Below are positions 27,018 to 38,894 of a stretch of 64,000 nucleotides of DNA, one piece after another; position 1 is the first letter of the stretch; every line of letters begins with the position of its first letter. Below the pieces are notes generated by a model. The model did no database searches. It was not told the origin of the DNA and saw only the letters and a program-made list of their open reading frames with translations. A program made the position numbers and the translations under genes. This stretch comes from Octopus sinensis (taxonomy: Eukaryota). The DNA lies in NCBI RefSeq assembly GCF_006345805.1, contig NC_043018.1:26412001-26476000 (forward strand). The letters run 5' to 3'.

Positions 27018-27095
27018 AAATAATAAATAAATATGACCGCGTGTGTACCGTTGGCGATTTTTTTTACCTCCGTCTTCCCTTCCTCGATTTCTTAT

Positions 27096-27130
27096 GTTTC
27101 TGACGAAGAGGTCCGCTCGAAATGTTAAAT
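27096..27130 (+). ncRNA. Minimal hammerhead-like motif of Penelope terminal-repeat type
   Basis: GTTT-CTGACGA-A-GAG(GTCCG)CTC-GAA-ATGT-T-AAAT. Confidence 0.5.
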
Positions 27131-28519
27131 CCTCTTTCTTTCCTTTCCTGAGTGGGGAAATGTAAAGATGTGCACGACCATCCTTGGACGGTTTTAAATG
27201 ATCATAGAAAGTGCAAGCCCTCTAACTGAAAAATTGTGGATTTGTATAAAGGACACACACACAGACAGACATTTTGCCGTTTATATATATAGAGATATGT
27301 AAAGCTAATCAGAAATAATTATGCTGTGAGAAAAAAAATAAACAATAATAGTCAAGGACTGACATTATTTTTGTTATTATTTCAACAAATATGGAAGACA
27401 ACTCTTGCCATCTTTCAGCGTTATTATGACCTCATCGACATACTATGACCTTCACTATACCAACCAATGCAGTAATGGAAGAATTAGTAAGGAAATATAG
27501 AATATTGTACACCAGTTGTCATAGAATGATTTATTCAGTAAACTGACAAGAATTTGTGGATTTCTAGAACTTTCTAGTTTATTGTAAATTGAAATAGAAA
27601 ATTAAAATAAAATAACTAATGGATGCGAAATTATGTTAAATGTGTGTCAACCACCTAACTGCTCACCAGATTTGTGTCTGTTTGGCATCTAACTTGGAAT
27701 CAGTCTTCTCTTCATATCTAATTAGCAGATAATCTGAAATTGAAGGAATTCAATATTATTTTGGAAGATTTAATTAATTCAATGTTTTATTTGTTTAAAT
27801 TTGGTTTTTGTTTTCTTTTCTGTTTTTTTTTTTTATTATTTGTTTCAGTTCTTGTTTTTAGCTCGATTTCTATTATTTTGTTTGAACAGAATATTTCTCT
27901 TTTTCTTTTTTTTTTTTAAAAACAGTACTCTTGTGTTGAGCTTGTCTCTTTTACTAAAGATATTTAAATGTTTTTTTTATAACACTGCTCTGTCATAAAA
28001 CTGACTATTAATTTATCAAACGAAATAGTATTTTATGACACAGCTCTGTTACAAAACTAAATATTTTCATATGGTTTAAGCCATTATGTTATTCATTCTC
28101 TAAACAATTCCATTTTACTACTTTTTCTACTCATTTACACATTTTACTTACTCATTACTCAACTACTTGTTTTGCACATGCCACTCAGTTATTCCTTTCA
28201 GTTGCTCATTTTACCTACTCATTCTACACAGTTATCTACTTTACATGCTCATTCTGCCCACCTACTCATTCCACTCTCTTATTCTACTTAATTAGTAATT
28301 TTACTCAGTCATTCTGCTTGTTCATTTTACTCACTTCAATCCCCCTACTCAGCTACTCATTCTATTCACTCACCTTTTCTACTCACTTTGTTCACCTTTT
28401 CTACACATTCGGCGGAATTTGAACTCAGAATATAGCAACGGGCAAAATACCGCTAAGCATTTTGTCCAGCATGCTAACAATTCTGCCAGCTCACTGCCTT
28501 AATAATAATGATGATGATG

Positions 28520-28555
<36 letters not shown>

Positions 28556-29067
28556 GGGCTACATATAAAAGATGGGCTATGTATAAAAGATGGGCTACGT
28601 ATAAAAGATGGGCTACAGCAAATATTCTGCTCAGTACCATAGATTTGCTTGTGAGTCGTTTGACCTTAACCAGTTGAGCATGTCCCTTAGTGGCTGACGA
28701 TATGTGCATCTCTGATCATGAGCAGAAGTAGTGGGGGAGCATCATAGCCATGTGTTGAGAGGGATTCTTTGGGGTTTGAATAATTCACCTCTGGAAACAT
28801 GGGTGTTTCATTCAACATCCTTAGACAACCCTTAATCAGGGACCTTTTGAATGGGATGGGTTACCCAACCAGAAGAAAATTCTAACTGGGCCCCACCTGC
28901 AAGGTCATGTGCTATTTATCTTGTTATGAGATCACCATGTCGTACACATATGGTTGTGATGCATGTGCCTAGTGTACCCTTATCAGACGGGTAGTCATGA
29001 TGGGTATACTGGACTTCGTATATTTTACCCCAGTGTCACTTTGATGGCATGCACTGCTCTCTCACTC

Positions 29068-29100
<33 letters not shown>
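28556..29100 (+). mobile_element. (TAA)n-tailed interspersed repeat (SINE or LINE 3'UTR)
   Basis: Homologous to minus-strand copies at 62662-63220 and 43384-43493. Flanked by (TAA)n. Confidence 0.8.
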
Positions 29101-29105
<5 letters not shown>

Positions 29106-29289
29106 CAACAACAACAACAACACAACAACAACAACAATAATAATGAAAGTTTGATCAATTCCTGTAAGTAAAAGCTTTCACATTTTGTGAAAAATGACCG
29201 AAACACCGATGTCTTCAGGTTTTTGTCTTCTGTTCCAATATTCCTTTGTTCATCCAACAATTTATTAACGTCAACTGACAGTTTTTGAT

Positions 29290-30740
29290 ATATATCTATA
29301 CACGTGTGTATGGGTGTGCATACATATAAGTATGTATGTGCATGTGTGTATACATGTAGATGTGAGTGTATATATATTTATGTTTAGGCATATGTGTGTC
29401 TGTATGTGTGTGTGTGTGTCTGTCTGTGTGTTTGTGTGTGAATATATATTCATGTCCTAATCCTATTATATATTCCAGAGATAAATTGCATAATTCCAGA
29501 TAAAACTAATGTTGACAGCTACAGCTGTTGTTGTTTTGTTCAAATTGTGGCGAGAAAGGAATTAGCTTTCAAGAAATAAAGCAGTTGTCTTTGTTTTGTT
29601 GTTGGAAATGTGTGTGTGTGTGCGTGTGCATGTGTGCTCTCACGTGAGGTATATCTATATGCATTCATTAAATGTGTGTGTATGTGTGTGTGCGTGCGTG
29701 CGTGTTTTTGTGTGTATGTATATGTGTGTATTCACATGAGGTATATCTATATGCATTCGTTAAATGTGTGTGTGTGCTCACATGAGGTATATCCATATGT
29801 ATCATTAAATGTGTGTGTGTGTGTTTGTGTGTACGTGTGTGTGTATGTATGTGTGTGTGTATGTGTGTATTCACATGAGGTATATCTATATGCATTCATT
29901 AAATATGTGTGTATGTGTGTGTGTGCTTGCATGAGGTATATCCATATGTAGCATTAAGTGTGTGTATGTGTGTGTTTGTGTGTGTGTGTGTTGTGTGTGC
30001 CTGTGTGTGTTGTGTGTGCCTGTGAGTGTTGTGTGTGCATGTGTGTGTTGTGTGCCTGTGTGTGCCTGTGTGTGTTGTGTGTGCCTGTGTGTGCTCACAT
30101 GAGGCATATCTACATGTACGCATGTAAATATGTATGCGTGTGTGTGAGTATAAGTATATACATGTGGGTATATGCATGTGAATTTGAATGTGTATATATA
30201 TATATATATATATGTATGTGCATGTGTATGCTTGTAAATGTATGCATGTGTGTGTGAGAGTACATGTACGTACATGTATATGTGGATGTGTGCATGTAAA
30301 TTTGAATGTGTGTATGTGTGTGCATGTGTGTGAGTGTTCGCATGAGGCGTATGTGTATGCCTGTGTATGTATGTGTGTTGTGTGCATTAGTGTGTGTGTG
30401 TGTGTGTGCACATGCATGTGTGAGTACATGTGTGCAATCAAATTTGAATATGTGTGTGTGCCTGTGCATGTGAGTACACGTACATGCATGCATGCACACA
30501 CATGTGCATTTGCATGTATGTATGAATACATGTATATGTGTAGATATGTGCATGTCTGTATGTATGAATGTGCATATGTCTGTGTGTGCGTATGTGCGCA
30601 TTAGTATAGCTATATATGTATAAGAGTGCTTGTATACTTGTGAATGTGTGCATTTGTGTAAAAGTGCATGTATGTGTGTGAGTGCACATATATGTATTGT
30701 ATATATGAATACATATATGTGTGTGTGTGGAAATGTGTGT
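29290..30740. repeat. Compound (TG)n/(TA)n satellite with interspersed ~35-nt modules
   Basis: The module cacatgaggtatatctatatgcattcattaaat recurs between TG runs. Confidence 0.8.
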
Positions 30741-31265
30741 GTGTTCTTACGTATCGCAAAAATGCTGAAACCAGTTAACGTGTTCTAATAAGAAAATCTC
30801 TATTTGACATGTCAAAAATAATAATATTAATAATAATAATAAATTATATTTTTATTATTTTATTCTTTTTTTTCATATTTTTGAATTTCTCCTCTTTTTC
30901 ACCTGTTCATCATCATCATCATCATCATCATGGCAAAAGCAGCGTGATCATCATCAGTATCGTCATTGTCATCATCATCGTCACTGGTTAAGCATTCTTA
31001 TTGCTACGTGATGCATGTGGGGTGGTGGTGGTGGTGGTGGAGGGTGGAACCGTAAAGTACACTAATGTTTCAACCAGTTTCATTTCATCTCATCTCTGGG
31101 ACCTAATCTTGCAGTGTCTGATATAATTAATTAATTAATTAGTTGCTTCTTCTGTCCTTCTTTGACTTATAACAACTCTCTTTCTCTCTCTCTCTCTCTA
31201 CCAATATTCATATTCATGTGTGTGCATATATGTACATATACACATACACTCACACATACATATAC

Positions 31266-31314
<49 letters not shown>

Positions 31315-32310
31315 CATGTATGTATGTATATATGTATGCATGTATATATATATATGTATATATATACATGTATGTATGTACATATGTATGCATGTTATAT
31401 ATATATGTATATATATACATGTATGTATGTACATATGTATGCATGTATATATATATGTATATATATACATGTATGTATGTACATATGTATGCATGTATAT
31501 ATATATATGTATATATATACATGTATGTATGTATATATGTATGCATGTATATATATATATGTATATATATACATGTATGTATGTATGTATATATATATGC
31601 ATGTATATATATGTATATATGTATGTATGTATGCATGTATATATATATGTGTGTGTGTGTGTGTGTATGTATTATGTATATGTATGTAAAGGGATCCTTA
31701 GTAGTCAGAGACTTGGTTTTATATCAGAGTTTCCCTCTTCTAGATGTGTTGCCTTCACCGCAGCTAAGGAAACCCATCCACCCTATATATATGTGTGTAT
31801 GTCTGTGTGTGTGTATGTATATATATATATAATCATCATCATCATCATTTAACATCCACATTCCATGCTAGCATGATGCAAATAAATATAGTGAAAATAT
31901 TTTCAAATATTACTCAGATAAAGATATGTAAACCTAAGGATGTGATGGTTGGTGTTGTGAAGAGTATCCAACTGTTTGAAAACCCTGCCAAAACAGACAG
32001 TGAAAGCTGACGCAGTCTTCTGGCCACCCAGTCCCTGTCAAACCGTCCAACCCATGCCAGCATGGAGAACAAATATTAAATGGTGATGATGATGATATAA
32101 AAATAAAATATAAACAGAATAAAATAAAAACTGTATATACATATGTACATATTGTTGGATGACCGTTGGCTGTTCATGTGTTACTCTGCTCTTTGATGTG
32201 TTTTATTTTCTGTCCCCCAGGGTGTCCAACAATCACCCTCCCCACCAAACAAGCTCAGTGGGGTTTCCTGTTTAGTCACTGACAACGCAACCATGCAACA
32301 TTTATGCATG

Positions 32311-32722
32311 TGGCGACCTGGCAGAATCGTTAGCACGCAGGGCGAAATGCGTAGCCGTATTTCGTCTGCCATTACGTTCTGAGTTCAAATTCCACCGAGG
32401 TGGACTTTGCCTTTCATCCTTTTGGGGTTGATTAAATAAGTACCAGTTACGCACTGGGGTCGATATAATCGACTTAATCCATTTGTCTGTCCTTGTTTGT
32501 CTTCTCTGTGTATAGCCCCTTGTGGGTAGTAAAGAAATAGGTATTTCGTCTGCCGTTGTGTTCTGAGTTCAAATTCCGCCGAGGTTGACTTTGCCTTTCA
32601 TCATTTCGGGGTCGATTAAATAAATACCAGTTCCGCACTGGGGTCAATATAATTGACTTAATCCGTTTGTCTGTCCTTGTTTGTCATCTCTGTGATTAGC
32701 CTCTTGTGGGTAGTAAAGAAAT
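32311..32722 (+). mobile_element. Family-1 SINE dimer
   Basis: 184-nt repeat with junction aaagaaata|ggtatttc at 32531-32548. Confidence 0.85.
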
Positions 32723-34087
32723 GTATATGTATATATCTATCTATTTTACCTGTATACATTTGCATATCTTTATATGTTTGTATGCATGTCCAGCTTCATC
32801 TACAGCTGTGTGAATGCATAGGTCACTTTATTACCAGGAGTTCCCAAGTTCTATCTCATCCAGTTTGACAAGTGTATTTTGCCATAGCCTGGGGACGACT
32901 GAAGCTTTGTGAGTGAAATTCACATGCGGAAACTCTTTGGAAGCCCTCCTTTTCTTCATACTTTAATTTCCTCCTCTCTACTCTTTAAACTTTCTTTTAC
33001 TAAGTTTCTGTTGAAATATAATTTCAGGATCAATAAATTAAATACCAGTAAAATACTGGGGTCGATGTAATCAACCAGTCCTTCCCCACCCAAATTTCAG
33101 GCCTTGTGCCTTTAGTAGAACATCTTTGATACATAAGTAAACAGGAAATTTTAATTGAAGGTTTTAAATTAGAGCACTTTAAGACAGGAAGTTTGTCTTA
33201 TAGAACCAAGAGCAATCCCAGGAATGGTTAGTGTCAAAAGGGTTAAAGATACATCGCATGCCTTTCTTTGGAATACTCAGTCGCTAGCTCTTTTTTCTCA
33301 CAAGTGGGAATTCACTTGTTCAAAACAACAGAATGTTCATCGTTGAAACCATCACAGAATTCACCATCCTACCCACTATAACCTTCACCGCCCCAACCAA
33401 AATTTTATTGTGTAGAGGTAGTGCCGGGTGGTGGTGGTGGTGGTGATGGTGGTGGTGGTGGTGGTGGTGGTTGGTGTCTTGTGCTTATGTTAGAAATCAA
33501 TGCACTGTGGTAAAAAAAAACTCAATAGATCTCTCAAATAATTTTGTTTATTCTCCATGAGTGCAACAAAAGCCCAAAAAGCCATCATGACAATAATAAT
33601 AACAATAATAATAATAATAACAATAATAATAATAATAATAATAACAACAACAACAATAATACCCCGTTACCAGATTGTGCTGTTGTGAAATCACTTCGTC
33701 ATTGGATTATTGATTGACCTTATTAAAGTAAAGTTTAAACGGTGCCGATTGTTTACACTTTCACAAGTGAAGGAGAGACTCTTGTGACGACAAACTGCTG
33801 TTGTATAAGAATATATTATATCAACAAGTCAAACTGAACACACAGTTTTTAATTTGATTTCATTGTTTTTGCTTTCATCTAATTATTTACATTGTCTTTC
33901 GTTGAACTATTCTCTTTCTCGCTCTTTCACATTCTTCATGATTCTCTCGCAGTAGTCTCTCTCAATTGCCTCACTTTATTCTAATTATTCACCCTTTTAG
34001 AAAAGGAAGAATAAGCAAAGCAGTGTAATTCACTATCTATCTGTTTATCTATCTGTCTATCTAACTATCTGTCTATCTATCTATCTT

Positions 34088-34134
<47 letters not shown>

Positions 34135-34703
34135 CCCATCCATCTATCTGTCTGTCTGTCTATCTATCTTTCTATCTATCTATCTATCTATCTACCCATC
34201 CATCTATCTGTCTGTCTGTCTGTCTATCTATTTATCTATCTACTCATCCATCCATCATCACGCTTGAATCTGAGAGTACCAAGAAGTTTGAATCAAACTA
34301 CTTTGATCCATCACATGCACTCACACACACACACACATACACATACATGCATACATATACATACATATATTCATACATGCATACATACACACACACACAC
34401 ACATGCATGCATATATATTTATACATATAACAATGTATGTAGGCGTGTGTGTGTGTGTGTGAAGTTGTATGTACAGGGTGGCACAAAAGTAGGTTTGCGG
34501 TTATCACGTAGGCACTTTAAATTTCTTTTAAAACATTTTATTACATTTAAATTTCTATCTTACAAACTGAAGAGGGAGCTTGACAAAATTAAACTAAATT
34601 AGCATAGAATAATGCTTTCATACTTTTTTTATAATTAAAATATCTAAACCGTTAATATATGGATGCAAAAGAGGTACTTGAATAACTCTAAACCTACTTT
34701 AGG

Positions 34704-34737
<34 letters not shown>

Positions 34738-34738
<1 letters not shown>

Positions 34739-34875
34739 TTTATTTAAGAGCAGTAGGAAATATAACAAAATCTGTTATTCAGAGTTTCATGTTCCCGTTC
34801 GACTGTCCGATGAACGGGAACATGAAACTCTGAGTAGTAGGCTTTTGTTATATTTTCTGCTGCTTTTAAATAAAG
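34738..34875 (+). mobile_element. Small fold-back element with HHR-like motif (34803-34840)
   Basis: Inverted arms of ~60 nt, homologous to 22575-22699. Preceded by (TA)n. Confidence 0.75.
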
Positions 34876-34970
34876 CATATTACTCTACCCCTGGTATTGG
34901 AGTACTCTTTTTTCCACCTTGTTACACATTTATGTGCTTACTCTGGTATATATATATAAATATATACATG

Positions 34971-35471
34971 TGCTTGCGAAGACCTGTGAAATCGATATCA
35001 AATTCGATGACTGGCATCCGTGCCAGTGGAGCACTAAGAGCACCGTCTAAGTGTGATTGTTGCTAGAGTGGCTAACTGGCTTCCGTGCCAGTGGCACATA
35101 AAAAGCACCATTTGAACGTGATCGTTACCACTGTTGCCTTACTGGCACTTGTGCTGGTGGCACATGAAAAAACATTCGAGCAAGCAAGGTCGTTGCCAGT
35201 TCCACTGGACTGGCTCCTGTGCAGGTGGCACATAAAAAACGCCATTTGAGCGTGGCTGTTGCCAGTACCACCTGACTGGCCCTTATGCCGGTGGCACGTA
35301 AAAGCACCCACTACACTCTCAAAGTTGTTGGCATTAGGAAGGGAATCCAGCTGTAGAAACTCTGGCAGATCAGATTGGAGCCTGGTACAGCCATCTGGTT
35401 TGCTAGCCCTCAGTCAAAATCGTCCAACCTATGCTAGCATGGAAAGCGGACGTTAAACAATGACTATGATG

Positions 35472-35473
<2 letters not shown>
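34971..35473 (+). mobile_element. RTE-family 3'UTR fragment with five tandem ~66-nt hairpin units
   Basis: Starts with gcttgcgaagac as at 25080 and ends with the same terminal ~170 nt and GAT tail. Confidence 0.8.
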
Positions 35474-35512
<39 letters not shown>

Positions 35513-35757
35513 AATTTAGTACTTACATCTTTATAGTTTCCTATCAACACTTGATACCTTCGTTGTTGTTTACCTCACCATGAGCTCTGTGTACGGAAAA
35601 CAAAAGGCAAAGAAGACAGGTGAGGAAACAAGACATAGGTGTCTTTAGTTTGATGGTTTTAGCCAACACTCTTCAACAGAAAGGGATGACAGGTGAAAAC
35701 AAAATGGAGAGAGAAAAAGAACAGATATGTCAGGATTAACAGTTTCACATGATGGAT

Positions 35758-35792
<35 letters not shown>

Positions 35793-36242
35793 CACATATA
35801 TACATATACACACACACACATATACACACACTCTCTCACACACACATATATACATATACACACATGTAGACATGCACAGGCATTCACTCGCACACACATA
35901 TATGCACATGCACACACATACACACACATGCACATGCAAATGAACCCACACCCACACGACAAACGCTCATACATATGCACACACAATTATATATACATGG
36001 ACACATGCAAGCACACACACGCACACACAGAATTCATGAAAAAACACAAGATGAAGACAGGTGGTGTGGAAAACAAACAGACGTATTAGTATAACGCTCG
36101 AGAATTGAAAAAGTCTTTTACGTTTCGAGCCTATGCTCTTCTACAGAGAGGGACACAGAAAAAAAAAGGAGTGAAACAAGGAGAGAAAAAAAATGTGTGT
36201 AGTGGCTATCGATCTATCATGGCGACGATGTGTGTGTATACT

Positions 36243-37081
36243 CTACTCTTTTACTCTTTTACTTGTTTCAGTCATTTGACTGCGGCCATGCTGGAGCACC
36301 GCCTTTAGTCGAGCAACTCGACCCCCGGGACTTATTCTTTTGTAAGCCCAGTACTTATTCTATCAGTCTCTTTTGCCGAACCGCTAAGTAACGGGGACGT
36401 AAACACACCAGCATCAGTTGTCAAGCAATGCTAGGGGGGACAAACACAGACACACAAACATAGACACGCATACATATATATACATATATACGACGGGCTT
36501 CTTTCAGTTTCCGTCTACCAAATCCACTCACAAGGCTTTGGTCGGCCCGAGGCTATAGTAGAAGACACTTGCCCAAGGTGCCACGCAATGGGACTGAACC
36601 CGGAACCATGTGGTTGGTAAACAAGCTACTTACCACACAGCCACACCTGCGCCTATATATATATATATATATATTCATTTATTCATTTCATTTACTTGTT
36701 TCAGTCATTTGACTGTGGCCATGCTGGAGCACCACCTTTAGTCGAGGAAATCAACCCCAGGACTTATTCTTTGTAAGCCTAGTACTTATTCTATCAGTCT
36801 ATTTTGCCAAATCGCTAAGTTACGGGGACGTAAACACACCAGCATCGGTTGTCAAGCGATGTTGTGGGAGGGGGGCAAACACAACACACAACCATACACA
36901 TATATAAATACATATATACAACGGGCTTCTTTCAGTTTCTGTCTACCAAATCCACTCACAAGGCTTTGGTTGGCCCGAGGCTATAGCAGAAGACACTTGC
37001 CCAAGGTGTCATGCAGTGGGACTGAACCCAGAACCATGTGGTTCATAAGCAAACTACTTACCACACAGCCACTCCTACGCC
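36243..37081 (-). mobile_element. Two adjacent family-2 SINEs (36243-36653 and 36691-37081)
   Basis: Both full length with A/B boxes, separated by a short (TA)n. Confidence 0.88.
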
Positions 37082-37139
37082 TATTATATACATACATATA
37101 TATATATATATATATACATGTATATATATGATTGTATTG

Positions 37140-37195
<56 letters not shown>

Positions 37196-38272
37196 AATTT
37201 ATCACCATAGGGAGAGAGAAGAGAAACAGTTTATCAAGCAGGAATACGTTGTTGCGCTGTAAATGTCAAACTTGAATTATCTCCATTTACACCAATGTAG
37301 AAATCTTGTCTATTGTTTCTCATGAGGCTGATAAAATAAATAGCAGAGCTGTACGATTACAGGCGATGGCGGCGGCAATGTAGTCTGTCTAAGAGCAAAA
37401 TAAACCTTTGACAGCAGTGCCCCAGCATGGCCACAGTCCGACTCCTGGAAACTAATAAAATAATCTCCAACATTTTACATTTTAAGTAATCGTTTTAGTT
37501 GATCTCTTCTTACTCAATATTTGTGTTTATAACAAATTATTGATTTCTGTTTCAATATCCGCTAGGCTAATGTTCGTTTATAGCCGTAGACCTACACACA
37601 ATTAATTAAATCAATAACGCTGTATTAATTACTTACACTCAACTAATCTGACTCAGCGGAAATTGAGCTCATGCCCGTGCTACACGACAGACACAGATTG
37701 CAGGAACGCAAACGTTTAGCTTCTCTGCTGTCATCGGCGTCTCAGATGTCGAATATGGTCACTGCAAGAACTATTATTTCCTGCTTTGTAATTGGTTGGT
37801 AAATGAAACAGTTATGTCATGGGAGAATCAGATTAGCCACATGTTTTAAAAACGTCTGTGTGTGTGGGTGTGTGTGCATGTGTATGAAATTAGCACTTGT
37901 ATATCGTCATCATCATCATCATCATTTAATGTCTGTTGTCCATGCGAACATGAGCTGGACAGTTTGACCAGCACTACTAAGCTGAGGGGCTGCACCAGAT
38001 TCTAGTCTGATTTGGCATGGTTTCTACAGCTAGATGCCCTTCCTAATGCCAACCACTCTGAGAGTATAATGGATGCATTTACATGCCACTTGCATGACAC
38101 CAGTATCTGTCACAACTAAAATTTCACTTGGCTTGATGGACCTTCCTTCTCAAGCATAGCATATTGCCAAAGGCCTCAGTCATTTGTCATAGCCTCTGTA
38201 TATACATACATATATATATATAAAAAATTTAAAAAATTTTTTTTAATTTTTTAAATATATATATATATGTAA

Positions 38273-38707
38273 GCGCAGGAGTTGCTGTGTGGTAAGAAAC
38301 TTGCTTTCTTTCCTTTAAAAATCGATACGAACTTTGCGGACAACCCAACTACATGGTTCCATCCGGATTCAGTCCCACTGCGTGGCACCTTGGGCAAGTG
38401 TCTTCTACTATAGCCTCAGGCCGACCAAAGCCTTGTGAGTGGATTTGGTAGACAGAAACTGAAAAGAAGCCCGTCGTATATATATACATATATGCATGTG
38501 TGTATTTGTGTGTCTGTGTTTGTCCCCCTAGCATTGCTTGACAACTGATGCTGGTGTGTTTATGTCCCCGTTACTTAACGGTTCAGCAAAAGAGACCGAT
38601 AGAATAAGTACTGGGCTTACAAAAAGAATAAGTCCCAGGGTCGAGTTGCTCGATTAAAGGCGGTGCCCCAGCATGGCCACAGTCAAATGACTGAAACAAG
38701 TAAAAGA

Positions 38708-38708
<1 letters not shown>
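38273..38708 (+). mobile_element. Family-2 SINE with a ~38-nt insertion in the tRNA head
   Basis: Same body and tail as other copies. Extra sequence between the A and B boxes at about 38307-38345. Confidence 0.87.
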
Positions 38709-38742
<34 letters not shown>

Positions 38743-38894
38743 GTGAAATAGAAAGATGAATAATCTTGTAGTGGATTAATCAAAAGTTTAACCGATACCT
38801 TAGTAGCAAAAATCACAGCAGTGAACAGCACGGTTGGAGGTACAACCATCTGGCGTTGCAACCGTGCGTTGGTGCGGATAATTGAAATTAAAAC

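Noticed and set aside
29165-29225. Other CTGAnGA...GAAA-like hits (here, ~7170-7200 and ~60265-60320)
   Set aside because: They lack stem I complementarity or core residues and are not distinguishable from chance.
35020-35310. CRISPR array interpretation
   Set aside because: Spacers are homologous to each other, there are no cas genes, and the array is part of a LINE 3'UTR in eukaryotic DNA. Kept as a structured-RNA finding.
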